Shown: positions 1-13,915 of the stretch, piece after piece
How positions within the stretch are numbered: the first letter of the stretch is position 1
Layout: every line of letters begins with the position of its first letter
Assembly: GCA_951406725.2 (NCBI GenBank)
Contig: OX597818.1
Location: 107,074,001 to 107,138,000, forward strand
DNA length: 64,000 nucleotides
Origin: Octopus vulgaris
Lineage: Eukaryota
Reading direction: 5' to 3'
Translations under genes and position numbers: made by a program
Notes under the pieces: generated by a model
What the model saw: only the letters and a program-made list of their open reading frames with translations
Told to the model about the DNA's origin: nothing
Databases searched by the model: none

Positions 1-689
1 TGTGGAATGCTCAGCCACTTGTATATTAATTTCATGGGTTGGCTTTTCTGCTGAACAGAGCAATTGGAACTGACAGAGTGCCAGTGTGACACTCTGGCAA
101 CTCTGGTCTTGGTGCATTGTTATATCTTGTGTTCTATGTTTGTGCTGTATTATTTGAGATTGGTTATTTGGGATGGCCACTGTTAGAGATGTTGAAACTG
201 GTTATTATTCTGCGTAGAATTTTATGCTTTTTTCATCGTTTAAATTGGATGCAAATATTTGAGAGTTTTCTGCTCTACTTTAGTTGATTTTCTGTTATTT
301 CTTTGTTTCGTTGATGTTGCTTGACTTGTTTTAATTGCGTATGAATTTCACATAGAGTTACTAGTTTTTATCAAGTCGGCTATTACAGCTTTGTGTTAAG
401 TTTGTATTAATATGTTATCTTATTGGATGTTTAGAAACTTCTACAATTATCTTATTGATTGTATATATTACAATATCTATGTTGGTGCTTGTTGTGTTGT
501 TGAATTCTGTAAATATTGCTTGGTAAGTGTGTTTACATGGAAGCTTTTCATGTGTAAAAATGCTTTGATTTTTTGTTCGCAGAGATAAAATATTCTTTTA
601 AAAAAGTAGTGTTGTACGAGGATGTGCTGTAAGTATTTTAGTTTCTTCATGATGATGTTGATGAGGAATGTATTAAGGTGTTGTCACTG

Positions 690-862
690 AGTAACCTGGT
701 GCGGTAACTGGTTGATAGTGTGGCTGTGTGATTCTGGGTTCTGTCTTACTGCATGACAACTTGGACAAGTGTCTTCTACTATAGCCTTGGGCTGGTCAAA
801 GCCTTGTGACAAGATTTGGGAGACGGAAACTGAAAGAAGCTGGTCATATACAAATATATATC

Positions 863-905
<43 letters not shown>

Positions 906-1108
906 TTGTCCACCACCATGTAACAACCAGTGTTGGTATATTTACATCCTTGTCACTTAGTAGTTTGGCAAAAGAGACTGACAGAATAAGTAACAAATTA
1001 AAAAAAGAATAAATGGTAGGGTGGATTTAATTGACTAAAAATTCAAGGTGCTGCCCCAGCATAGCCACAGTCTAAAGACTGAAACAAGTAAAAGATAAAA
1101 GATAAAAA
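690..1108 (+). mobile_element. tRNA-derived SINE, family A (head + central (TG)n + 3' tail)
   Basis: Shares ...ggacaagtgtcttctactatagcc...ggaaactgaaagaagc-(TG)n-...ccagcatagccacagtc...gactgaaacaagtaaaagataaaaga with more than 10 other copies in the window. Confidence 0.8.
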
Positions 1109-1139
1109 ACCAAACAAATTACATCGTCACTTCCAAACT

Positions 1140-1926
1140 CTTTCTCTTCTCTTCCTCTCATTTCCTCTTCATACATTGTTTCTCTCCTACTCCCCAACCC
1201 TGACTTGCTCACTGCATCATTGCTATCCCATAGTCCCCCACCCCCATCTATATAACCAAGTTTTCACCAGTCACTGCCTTCTCCACCCCCACTCCCTATT
1301 CACGCTTGCTTTGCAATACCCCGCCACTTATATTATGACCTCCATACCTTGATGGTATGCCCTGGCACTTGCCACCATCTCTCTCCTGTTCTCTCTTTTC
1401 CTCTTGCTCTTCCCTCTGGCTGGGTAATCATGTATCTCCTTTACTGCAGTACACCTGTTTCTGCCCTCATTCTTGATCACTCTCTCTCTCTGGCCAGGTA
1501 ACCATGTACCTCCTCTACAGCATGACATCTGCTTCTGTCTCTTTGTCACACTCCAATCTTTCATCATCTGACACAAAATCACCTCCTCCAATGTTCCTTC
1601 TCCTCTTAAAAGTTCTTTGTCTTGCAAGGTACTTGGTAACTCTGTCAGTGCTGGTGCCATGTAAAAAAGCACTCAGTCCACATTGTGAAGTGGCTGGCAT
1701 TTGGAAGGGCATCCAGCTGTCTAAACCATGCCAAAACTCACCTCACCTGTGCTGGTGCCATGCAGAAAACACTCTGAGGGGTGGGTGTTAAGAAGGGCAT
1801 CCAGCTGTAAAAGCCCTGCCAAAACAGACAGAAGTCTGATACAGTCTTCTGCCTTGGCAGCTGCTATCAAACCGTCCAACACATGCCAGCATGGAAGGTA
1901 GATGTTAAATGATGATGATGATGATT
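1140..1926 (+). mobile_element. Non-autonomous retroelement with RTE-type 3' end (doubled ggaagggcatccagctgt motif, (GAT)n tail)
   Basis: Reverse-complement homologue at about 51290-52400; the 3' end matches the tails of the RTE LINEs at 31107 and 43900. Confidence 0.65.
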
Positions 1927-1944
1927 GACAGACAGATAGAGATA

Positions 1945-1970
1945 CACACACACTCACACACTCACACACA

Positions 1971-2043
<73 letters not shown>
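1945..2043. repeat. (CA)n microsatellite
   Basis: Direct reading. Confidence 0.95.
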
Positions 2044-2045
<2 letters not shown>

Positions 2046-4554
2046 TTGTTATATTAACCTGTTGCTAGTTTTATTTTGAATGCTCTCATTTTGTACAGAG
2101 TTATGCTATTAGTGTGTGAGGACCATTCATGTTTTGGGTCACCCTACTGTCATGGGATACTAGTTTACATTGGATGTTGACGACAGCTTTGATAGTCATC
2201 ACCACTGCGACAACAATCCTTATCTATGTTAACGTTCAGATCACACTGACCTATTAAAGAGCCAAGCTAAGTTGTTGGGTTAAGAAGATCTTCTAAGGTC
2301 AATTTAAGCTACAGAGATGATAAACATTTAAAACCAGATGAAAACAAGTCAATGAAACGGCCTTTACTTGGTTGTTTGACTTGTTGTAATTATCAGCCAA
2401 TCTTCCTCAAATTATATTCTACTGCCTTAAGAAAAGGAAGAGTACATTTGACAATATAATCTCAGATTCATTATGTCTAAAGCAACTGGGCAATTATGGT
2501 AGAATATCTGTGATTGTAGGTCAACCTTATCAAGTATGACTGAAACCAAACAAAAATCACAACAACTTGCTAAATATGTAAAAACTGGTCACCAACTTCA
2601 GATAAATGAATTCAGTTTTAATTTCTCAAGGGAGTGTATTACAAATACGAAATATTTGCTGTAGTCAAATTGATATAATGTCTTCTTGCTTCATAATTCA
2701 AAGGAGTAAAAGGTTTGTTTAGTCTTAATTTTGAGAGACATGCTGTTACCTGGACACACCATGAACATTTGTTACTCAACCTAAATCTTAAAGAGAATAT
2801 TTTTTTAATCAGTTCTAGAATGTTGCAGTAATTGGTAATTAAAAGGTTATGCTGCTGAAATCACAAAATAATTACATAATTACATTTCCAAGAAATAAAA
2901 GATGAAGCAGTTGAAGAATAGGTTTCAAATTTAAACACCTGAATAATTTTTGAAGCATTCAGCCTCATGTAATATCCTTCATCTATGTTCATTCATTAAT
3001 GAATAACTAGTTTCTGCAGAATCTCATTCACTGGATCATAATGGTGTCAAGCATACGACATCTAATTCTAGAATTTTCTTTGAAGAAAGATTTTTGAGTT
3101 TTGAAATGATTTCTTCCCGAAGCATAAATCTCAGATTTATTCAAGGACTGAGTGGTATTCTTTTATTGGTTTCAAGCATTGGAACGCAATCACACTGAAG
3201 CATCGTCTTCAAGGGGGATCCTACTTCCTTTTTATGCTTCTTACTTATTTTAATAATCTCTGTTTGATGAACTGTTTGTAGAACATATAAGAACACAACA
3301 TAAAACAACACTAGTTTATTTTTTGACAGGCATACGCATAAAAATACATAAAAATACACACACACGCATAAATACATACATACATGCATACACGCATACA
3401 TACATACATACATACATACATGCATATATTACATACATGCATATATTACATACATTTTTAACAGGTTTTAATTTTTGACTTGGGCCATGCTGGCTTTCAG
3501 AGGCTTTTGTTGATCATTTTGTCCCCTGTACTCACCACAGCCTAGAACATATTTTATTTATCTCTATTTATCAAATGGGTAAGCAAGCTTGCAGTGTGAT
3601 GTATGAATGCTACATAGAAATGGACAATAAACTGTTGAAGATTGACAACTACATCTACACTCCACGTACTTATAGATGTCCAAACACCATTTTGGAAGTC
3701 TAACACATCTCATTCAGATGTGTTATGCCTATTGTAGAATTTCGTGTAACTGTGGGACTGTGCTTGGCTGAAACAAGAATAATTCTAAAAAATTCACAGG
3801 ATCTGGATACCTTCTTGATCTCAAAAAGTGAAATTTTCAATTGTTGCCACCATGATACCAAATTTGTTTTGTAAACTTGGTCTTTTCCTTTTGGGGACTA
3901 AAGAACAGAAAACATATGTGCAAGCACAACCAACACCTTTTGGTCACAACTGAAACCATATCATAAGAAGCAATTCTGTCACTCTCAGAAGATCATTTCT
4001 TTCCCCTTTTTATCCCCCCTGACAAAACAGGACTGTATATTCATCCCCAATATTAAAGAAGTTATGTGCTTCTGACAAGACTGTCTTAAAAGGGGTCGAT
4101 ATTGCCAACTGCAATAGTAAGGTGTGAAACCAATACTCATTTTCTTGTTGAAATATGCAAAAATATAATGTTCGACAATATAATGGCAGTAAATAGTGGT
4201 GCCCCAGCATGGCCACAGCTCGTGAGCTGAAACTAGATAAAATAAAATAAAATAAAATAAAAGTATAATGAATTAAATTTTCTCTCCATGCATTTTTCTA
4301 ATTTTTTTTTTACACATGAATGTTTTCTTGGAAACATTTTTTCCCCAAGGTGATGAATTGTAGCGAAAAATATAAGAAGAATAATGCACCGAATATATAT
4401 ACATATTTTTTGTATGAGATAAAATATTTACATAGTCAAGTGGCTTCACTTTTGCTAATCATGACCAAGAAATTAGTGAAAATATTACAATTTTATGGCA
4501 CATTAAGAAGTTTTTAGTCCATGTTGGTAGCAGGAAAGTTGTTTTGTAAATGAA

Positions 4555-4975
4555 TCATCATCATCATCATCCTTTAACGTCCATTTTCCATACTGGCATG
4601 GGTTAGACAGTTTGATTGGAGCTGGCAAACTGGAGAACTGCACCAAGTTCTAGTCTGATTTGACTTGGTTTTTATAGTTGGATGCTCTTCCTAATGCTAA
4701 CCACATTACAGTGTGTACTGAGGGTGTTTTTAATTTGACACTACACAAGCACTTCTTTGAGTCACTAGCACAAGTGCTTTTTACGTGGCACTAGCACACA
4801 ACTCTTGCAGGCCAATCTTCTTCAACAGGGGGAGTGCCTTTAACACCTCTGCTGTGGGGTACAGGTCTTCTTGAGTACAGTAAGGTGCTAGGTATGTTGG
4901 TCCTTAGTTATCTCAAGTGAAAGGTTCAGTGTCCAGAGGTCATCCTTCAATACTTTGTCCCATGTCTTTCTCATA
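4555..4975 (-). mobile_element. RTE LINE 3' end fragment
   Basis: (CAT)n-tttaacgtccattttccat... tail plus a degenerate ORF end (rc KTWDKVLKDDL) at about 4940-4970. Confidence 0.65.
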
Positions 4976-4984
4976 TTTTTTTCA

Positions 4985-6865
4985 GGTGAATTAATAGTAT
5001 TTACATTACGAAGTTATAAATTTATTAATCAAAATATTTACAAAGTTGCAGTGATGTTTGGTTGGAGATTCCCTGTATTTTTCTTTATGTGTTTGCTCAA
5101 TAGTATCTGTCTATACCTTGGGAAATAGATCTGTTCATTATGCAGTGTTCTTCTCCATCTGAGATACATTCCTGTCTGACTAATATAGTTGTGGCCACAT
5201 CCTGAGCAAGTTATCGCATAAATTTTGGGATGCACAGGTAAAAATCAGTCTTAATCACAACTCTCTGTCCTTGTTTGAAGTGAAATTCCAAACCTTCCAG
5301 CAGGCTGGGGCATGTTCCACAGTTTGAATGCCCGCATCTTTTAACTTTTGGTTCTGTTTTTGTTGGGTGTAATTTCACACTTGTCAGTATTTTCTTTAGT
5401 ATCTTTTAGTTGTCTTTGGTTTTGATGAATTTGTGTTTGTAGATTGTGGTTCATCTGAGGGTCCTTAGTGAACATAGGTAAATTTTGAACAATGGTGTTA
5501 TATGCCTAATTTTTCTAGGGTTGTGTGTTGAAATATAGGGTAACATTTTTAGAAGGGGTGTGTAATTTCATTTTGTTTCCCTTAGTGTTGGGATATCTAT
5601 TTTCTTTGTGCCTTTTATCCCATCATCTATTAATGAAGGTGGATAGTGCCTCTCAGCTGATACAGGTATTTGTATCAGACACAATTGTGAAAATCCTTTT
5701 TGCTAAATTAAAAGGATAATTTAATGTGTTTTGGGTGACATGAGTCATAAAGAAGGTATTGCTTTGAGTTTGTGGGTTTGAAACAGATGTCAGTTTCAAT
5801 TTGATTGTTGAATATCTTTTTATCCAAATATCAAGGAATGGGAATTGGCCTTTGCTGTGCTCTATTGTTAGTTGAATATTTGCATTTCTACTCTTGAACA
5901 GTGATTAAAATTTTAAAAGTTTATGAACTTTCTCAATCCAGAGGATAGAGCTGTCATCTAGATGTCTTTCCCAGTTTTCTCATATATTTGTAAAATGAGC
6001 ATCCACATTTTTGTGGCGATACTTGATATATAATTAATTTTCCATATCTGGGACTGCTCTTATTCCCATCGCAATTCCACATTTTTGTTGGTAGTAAGTG
6101 ATATCAAATAAGAAATAATTGTTCTGGAGGATTAATCCTAAAGCTTCAATGATAAATTCCTGGTTCATGCACTCTGGAAATTCTTCAGTATAGTTTTCCT
6201 GCCAGAATTTTGATTGCTTCCATTCCATAGTTATGTGGGATATTAGTGCACCGGTTCACAACATTGAAGGGAACTCTGACTGTTTTTGATTGTTTTTGAT
6301 TATTTTTGGCAGGTGGTTTAGCAAATCTAGATCATCTCTAATGAAGCTTTGGATATATTTCAAAAGGGGTTCCATTAGGATGTAAACAGAATTGTTTAAG
6401 CGGTGGGTTTCACATGACAGACCATCTATAATGGGTCTTAGTTTTCAATCTTGTGATGCTTGAACAGTAATGGACAGTAATGAATATCTGATGATTGTTT
6501 GCAGGCTTCATTAATTATCTGGCTTTTGTGGATTTTAGGTAAACCGTAGAAAAGACTACATCACAAAAGTCATCAAGTGTTTTATTTCTACCTTTCGGTG
6601 GCAGACAATAGCTTTTGTTTCTGACCAATGATTCATCAGTGTTGTTATAATAAAACAGACCTTCTGTAAGTTGCAAATTTCTACAAAGTTCTGTTATATT
6701 TGTCTTTGATTTCATTTTGATTGGATCTGTAAGGGATGGAGTGGGGGTAAATGTGAGTCCTTTTGTTAAAATGTAGATTTTTGTTGTTGAGAAAGTTTTC
6801 TTTGATAAGTTTATTACTTTGGGTTTTCCTGTATGTTTTGTTCTAACATGTGTCCCTGTTTCTCT
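4985..6865 (-). mobile_element. Penelope-like retroelement, decayed (RT + GIY-YIG endonuclease)
   Basis: Minus-strand motifs: ILTKGLTFTPTP; SCETHRLNN..YIQSFIRDDLDLLNHLP; LILQNNYFLFD..YYQQKCGIAMG; WERHLDD (YLDD position); FPFLDI; TDICFKPTNSKQYLLYDSCHPKH; GIY-YIG IYAITCSGCGHNYISQTG. Many stops and frameshifts. Confidence 0.9.
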
Positions 6866-6909
6866 AACACATAAATATAGATATACACTCAGAAATATAT
6901 ATATATATG

Positions 6910-7565
6910 ACTAATGACCGAGACCTTTGGAAATATGCTGTGCTTGAGAAGACCCAACAAGCCAAGTGAGACCATAACCCGTGGCTGTGCATAAGCAGCC
7001 CATTTATGCATACCTCTCCTTCATTGGACACTAAACTCTGCTTGCGAAGACCTGTTGAGTCAAGTGAAATTGAAATCAAATTCAATAACAACACCGCATG
7101 ACTGGCATCCGTGCTAGTGGAGTGCTAATAGTACCATCTGAGCATAATCATTGTTAGGACCACTGACTGGCTCCTGTGCCAGTGACATGTAAAAAGCACC
7201 ATTCAAGCATGATTGTTACCAGCGTCACCTTACTGGCACTTGTGCCGGTGGCATGTGAAAAACAACATTCGAGTGAGTTCGTTGCCAGTGCTGCTAGACT
7301 GGCTCCTGTGCTGGTGGCACATAAAAAGCACCATTTGAGCATGGCCAATGCCAGTACCGTCTCACTGGCCCTCATGTCAGTGGCACATAAAAAGCACCCA
7401 TAACACTCTCAGAGTGGTTGGCATTAGGAAGGGCATCCAGCTGCAGAAACTTTGCCAGATCAGATTGGAGCCTGGTGTAGCCTACTGGCTTGCCAGTCCT
7501 CAGTCAAATCGTCCAACCCATGCTTGCATGGAAAGCGGATGTTAAACGATGATGATGATGATGAT
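6910..7565 (+). mobile_element. RTE LINE 3' end with 3'UTR tandem repeats and (GAT)n tail
   Basis: Begins with the ORF terminus MTNDRDLWKYAVLEKTQQAK*, homologous to the 31727 ORF end; repeated gtgccagtggcatgtaaaaagcacc units. Confidence 0.85.
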
Positions 7566-8593
7566 ACACGCACACATACACACACAAAACTATATACATA
7601 CACGTATATGCCACTCTCCTCATGTCTCTGTGTATACATATACATGTGTGTGCATGTGTGTGTGTGTGTGTGTGTGTGTGTAGGTGCTTGAGTATATGGA
7701 TAGTGGGTTTGAAAATGATGACTATAGTCATGATATATCTTCTGAATTGTCCCCAAGGATCACATTCAGCAGTGGTTTGTAAACAAACTTGACAAGATGA
7801 AGGCAGCAAGGTGTGTTCAACTGATGCAAAAATTATCGTGAGGATAAACTTTCATAACAAAACAAAATTGAAAAACATGTAAATCCTGTCTACATTGAGA
7901 AATCATTTTATCTACTTTATTCCAGGCTATGCTGTGAGAATGAGAACTGATCCAATTGCAAAGACTTTCTCATACATGTCTATAAGTTGTCAGCAGAATA
8001 ATGATATCTCAATGTTCAATAATTTTGAATATTCATCTGTATAATTATTGTTATTTACTTCTTAGAGAGTAGATATTATTTGCTTTAAAGGAAAGAGTGA
8101 AATTATAGACACTAATATTTTCTCATTTTACCAAGTAATCAATTGGAAGAGATAAAAATATATCTGCTCACTGGCTTAATGCAAGTCTGTGTGGGTGAAC
8201 ACACACACTCAAACACACAAACATACGCACACTCTTATCTGTACAAGAGTACATATATGCATATGTGTATGTATATGCATGTATATGTATGTGTGTGTAT
8301 ATATATATATATATATATACAACATTTAGAGGATTAGAGGATTTTATATATATATATCATGTATATGTATATATATATATAAATGTATGTATGTATGTAT
8401 GTATATTTATGTTCATACATTGATGCCCACAGGCACACATATACAAGTGCAAAATATAATAATGATCAATATTTCTTAAATAGGACAACCATGCATTATC
8501 ATGCAGAATTTTACTGGAGTGTTCAATGTATTTGGGCAATTATATCACTGCCATATTTGTGCACGTGTGTGTGTATGTGTGTGTTTGCATATG

Positions 8594-8637
<44 letters not shown>

Positions 8638-8894
8638 AAATAATAGGATACAAGAAAATGAACCAAGGCATATTAAAATATCAGAATATATTTACGAGGA
8701 CATAAACCTATGTTTCACACATATTCCAGTTCATTGACGGGGAAAAGAACTAGAAATTACCATTCTCTTCTTCTTCTGATATCCAAACTTGATTTGCTGC
8801 CTAACAAAACAAAATTGAAAGCTTTTTATTTCAAATGCTGTTCTTTTCAATGTAAAATCCCTTTTCCTTTCACATATATGTTTGTAAATAAATA

Positions 8895-9127
8895 CGTACA
8901 TACATTTATACATCCATACATATGCATACATACATGCATGCATGCATACATATATACATTCATACATGCATACATACATAGATACATACATACATGCATA
9001 CATACATACATATGTACATACATACATACATGCATGCATACATAGATACATACATGCATATGTACATACATCATACATACATACACACATGCATACATAC
9101 ATACATACATACATACATACATACATA
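8895..9127. repeat. (ATAC)n/(ATGC)n microsatellite
   Basis: Direct reading. Confidence 0.9.
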
Positions 9128-9566
9128 CGGCGTCTGGCGATGGACTTGGTAAACACCCACAAAGTTATCAACCACCTCACCAACAACAACACCGAACACC
9201 TTTTTGATCTCCATGTGTCCAACACACGTGGACATACCTACAAATTCAGAAAACAGCACAGCTCCCATGACTTTCGGAAACATTTTTTCACGCTCAGAAT
9301 TGCTGAAACATGGAACAAACTGCCTGCGTCAGTTGTTGACTGCCATGACGCTGCATCCTTTAAGGCCCTCATGCTTTCCGAAATCCGCCGAAACTACCCC
9401 TGATTGTCCCCCTTCCATACTCATACACATATGTGTATGTCATGACTCATGCACTGTTCTTTTCCTGATGCTTGTACATTACCCTATGTACTATACATAC
9501 ACTTTAGATGAGTAGTAGTGCACCTGAGCACTGTACACAATGTTTTATTAATATTATTATTATTAT
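9128..9566 (+). mobile_element. CR1/L2-like LINE 3' end, 5'-truncated, (ATT)n tail
   Basis: RRLAMDLVNTHKVIN..TRGHTYKFRKQ..RKHFFTLRIAETWNKLPASVV..SFK is the typical C-terminus of CR1-group ORF2; inserted in (ATAC)n. Confidence 0.85.
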
Positions 9567-10404
9567 ATACATACATGGTGGAATTTTGTTGTAAGCTCCC
9601 GATATAAACCATCATAATTTATTGTTTTGAATTTGTGTCCTAGACATGGGAATTTATACAATTACAAAAGAAAAAAAATAGTTTATTAGTTTAATTTTTA
9701 AAGCCCTCCCCACATCATAAATCCTAGAAGTTCCATTAAAAAATTATTGTTTAAAATCAACGTTTCAACGATGGACAATCTGAATTTTTTTTTATTAAAT
9801 CCCAGCAACGGACCAACCCTGGGTACATCATGATTTCATTAAATGTGTTTCTGCAGAAAAAAATTGGAAAAAAATGTCAATAGAAGTGAGCGTGACAAAG
9901 AAACAATAAAGACATCAGGTGGTCATAATACATGCTAGAAATAACAGCTAGATCACTCTTATATAACACACAAATTTTTTTTGCATTATCTTATGTAACC
10001 ACATGTGCAGAACACGAATTTGCAAAAATCTTCTTAAAATTCAAAACATAAAAAAGTTATGAGAGGTTATACAGTGTTCTTAAACCAGATTATCACCACA
10101 CACACACACACACACATGCACAATCTAAATATGAGAGTTAAAAAGACTTTAAGACATCTTTAATGATCGGTTACAATCGTTTCTGTACCAACGCCAGCTC
10201 AAGCAAAAGTAATGTTTGTGGATTGAGACATAAAAATGACACTTCCTCAGACCGGCATCAAAAGTGTGCTGTTATGTTGTGTGTCTGCCAGACTTTGAGT
10301 TTTGCTTATGTCAGGAGGAAACAAAAAGTAAAAAAAAAGATGGAAATGTGGAAAGATGGACAGGGCAAGTATGGTGTCAAAGTGTGTAAATATATGGTTA
10401 GGGA

Positions 10405-10525
10405 TGAAGAAGCAGAAGAAGAGGAAGGCGAAGATGAGAGAAAGAGAAGAAGAAGAAGAAGAAGAAGAAGGAGGAGGAGGAGGAGGAGGAGGAAGGGGAG
10501 GTAGAAGAAGAAGAAGAGGAAGAAA

Positions 10526-10564
<39 letters not shown>

Positions 10565-10825
10565 CATAGTGCCTAGTGTACCCTTATCAGACAGGTAGTC
10601 ATGATGGGTATACTGGACTTCGTATATTTTACCCCAGTGTCACTTTGATGGCATGCACTGCTCTCTCACTCAATAATAATAATAATAATAATAATGATGA
10701 TGATGAAGAAGAAAAAGAAGGAGGAGGAGGAGGAGGAGAAGGGGAGCAGGAGGAGAAGAAGAAGAAGAGGAAGAAGAAGAAGAAAGAGAAAGCAAAAACG
10801 AAAAGTTGGAAAGAAGAAGAGAGTT
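10405..10825. repeat. Compound (GAA)/(GGA)/(AAT) trinucleotide tract
   Basis: Direct reading. Confidence 0.9.
10568..10696 (+). mobile_element. Short retroelement 3' end embedded in (AAT)n
   Basis: Near-identical reverse-complement copy at about 40255-40343; ends ctctcactc(aat)n. Confidence 0.65.
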
Positions 10826-11384
10826 GATGTGGATAATAATAAAATATATATTTAATCAGTTCTTCCCAGCATGCATCAGATGCTAACATATTGGTTAAGG
10901 CAATGTTTTATAGATGGATGCCCTTTCTGCCACAGGGAGAGAAAATTGTTCAATAAACATCTTCGTGGATAATGATTGACACCATCGTGACTCTGAGGGG
11001 TCTTTGCTATTTGTAATCTTTCTAATGGCAAACAGATAATGGGAATAACGTCACAGGGGATTGATTTGTTTAATTTTCATTGGTCAACTTTAGTCAGGTG
11101 ACAACATGCACGTAACCTGATTGGCTGTTGATAAGAGTAGGGGAGGATTTCAGCTGGTTTGATTAGTTTGTTTCTTGTTTCTTGTTCAGAAAATGGAGAC
11201 AAAGTTATGGGAGAAGGGATGACAGCAAATTTATTTCTCAAGAAAGAAATTGTAACTGTGCCAGTTCTGTTTTCCCTCACTCATTTTCTGGGGATTATAC
11301 AGGAGAAAGAAATCATATTGGCTCTCTTAGTACTGTACAGATTCATTTAAAACATATACAGGGATGAGAGGGGTATTTGATGAC

Positions 11385-11605
11385 ATCATTACCATCATCA
11401 TCATCATTTCACATCCATTTTCCATGCTGGTGTGAGTTAGATGCTTGATGGGAGCTGGCAAGGCTAGGAGCCACTCCAGGTTACATCATCTGCCTTGGCA
11501 TGGTTTCTACAGCTGGATACCCTTCCTAATGCCAACCAATTTACAGAGTGTGCTGGGTGTGTTTTACATATTACCAGCATCACAGTGATTTTCACATGGG
11601 CCCCT
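11385..11605 (-). mobile_element. RTE-tail element fragment
   Basis: (CAT)n...tttccatgctgg...ctacagctggatacccttcctaatgccaacca. Confidence 0.7.
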
Positions 11606-11985
11606 CATCACTAGTGCTTAATTTGATGGAACAACTGTAAGCTAGCAAAAACCAAATGCATTTTAATACAAGTTTGGGCCCATGGTCTCAGTGCTGATCT
11701 TCAAGTATGATTATTCAATGAATCTGATTTACCTTTGATGTCTGCTTCTATGCAGGAGCAAAATCATTGACATGCTTCCACTAAATAATTCTTATTCCTT
11801 TCTGACATCAGCTGGAGCAGTCTCTGATATGCTGTTCTTCCATATCATATTCTGTCTCCATACAAGACAAGAAACCAAATATTCCAACCCAAATCCATCA
11901 CTATGCATATTCTGAAAGTAATTCGAAGTCCTTTGGTGAGAATTATTTACGCACCTGTCTTCGTCTTTTGCTTTTTGTAAATTCC

Positions 11986-12067
<82 letters not shown>

Positions 12068-13249
12068 GTGTGTGTGAAGGTATGCATGTATATGAATAAT
12101 GGCAAAGTCTCAAAGTAGTGATGGAATGGGGCCGCTGATGATCATGGTGACTTACAGTGACACTGCATTGGATTCTGACTGCTCAGATATGGCAAGCCTA
12201 ATCTTATTCTTAATTATATTACTTAGAAAAGAAAGCATTTTGCAGGAGAGAGAAATAGAAGCTGATGGGGAGTCTGCAGAAGATATTTGGTGGAAGGATT
12301 TGATCCCCAGAAAGTCATTTTAGTTCACAGCAGAGTAGATGTTGCAGAAAGAGAAGTGAATTTGAATTGAATTCAACGTACAGATTGTGTATGTGTGTGC
12401 GTGTGTGTTTGTATGTGTGTGTGCGCATGCACATGCACAAGTTTGCATGCATGCACACACACACACGCATACACACACACCACACACACACATTAAGATA
12501 ATGAAGCAGTGTTTGTGTTTCCTGTCATGCACACTGAGTTCCTTTGCCTTGCTGTCAACACCTTACACTCAACAATAGAACCACGATCACAATCGCACAG
12601 CCATGCACCTGCCCCTTTGTTTCTCTGTTCCATTTCTCCTTTGTTTCTCAACCTCTTTGTCAGTCTTTCTTACTTTCACTCAATCTCTCTCACTATTCGT
12701 CTTTGTCTTTTTATTACTTTCTTTCTACTTGCCATCTCTCTCCATTCCTTTCATGTTTGTTTCTGTTAAAAACGTTTTTGCTGAATGGACATAATATCAA
12801 ATCGCTATCCAACTTGCAAATAGCAAAAAAACTAGCATAAATGATATATGAAGTGTATATCCTTAAATGATTTAAATATTATCTAACACCTTAATGTTTT
12901 GTTTAGACAAAGATCATTAATGAATTAATATAGCACAAGTTCATTTTTAATTATACGTCCTCATTATAACTTACTTTCAAATGTTGAATATATTATTCTA
13001 AGAAGTAGAATGGTTGGTTGAATCCACAAGGCTCCATTAAGGATATTTTTTGTAGACTAAAATTTGCAGAGCTTCAACACAGACCAGTGAAGCATTGAAC
13101 ACCTATTCTACAGATTTACTCTGTAAAAGATTCTTTAAAAGATAAATAAAGAATAAAAAAACTGATTTAGTGCAATAATCTGATGCTGCTGAGGCTCCAT
13201 GTTGCTAGATTATCTGTTACAGCCATTTACTTAGTGTAGCAGCTGCTGC

Positions 13250-13614
13250 ATGATGAGTTTTAAACATTATATACACATGGTTGTTGCCAGTGCCGCCTGA
13301 CTTGCTCCCTGTGCCAGTAACATGTAAAAAGCACCATCTAAAGATGGTCAATGCCAGCCTCCTCTGCCAGTAGGATGTAAAAAACACTATCTGAATATGG
13401 CCGATGCCAGTGCCACCTGACTGGCTCTCATGCTGATGGCATGTAAAAAGCACCCACTACACTCTTTGAGTGGTTGGCGTTAGGAAGGGCATCCAGCTGT
13501 AGAAACACTGCCAGATCAGACTGGAGCCTGGTGCAGCCTCCTGGCTTGCCAGCCCTCAGTCAAACTGTCCAACCCATGCCAGCATGGAAACGGACGTTAA
13601 ACGATGATGATGAT
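13250..13614 (+). mobile_element. RTE-tail element with 3'UTR repeats
   Basis: ...gagtggttggcgttaggaagggcatccagctgtagaaac...ggacgttaaacgatgatgatg. Confidence 0.8.
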
Positions 13615-13699
13615 GGACTTTAGAGTTCAAGAATTCTCTTAAACATTATTATTTGGGTTCAAGCAGAACTTCTGAGTGTAACAGAAATTATGACACTGA

Positions 13700-13915
13700 T
13701 ATTGGTTTCAAATTTTGGCACAAGGTCAGCAATTTCTTGAGGGCAGGAGATGTGTCAATTACATTGACTCCCCCCGCCCCGCCAATGCTTAACTGTTACT
13801 TATTTTATCGATCCTAAAAGGATGAAAGATAAAATTGACCTTGGCAGAGTTTGAACTCAGAACGTAAAGACGAATGAAATGCTGCCTGGCTTTCTACTGA
13901 CTCTGCCAGCAGAGG
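13700..13915 (-). mobile_element. SINE with Nin/Deu-like central domain (family E)
   Basis: rc gagttcaaactctgccaaggtcaattttatctttcatccttttaggatcgataaaataagtaacag: B-box plus a motif resembling the Deu/Nin core (from memory); other copies at 19670, 38110, 45345, 53255. Confidence 0.7.
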
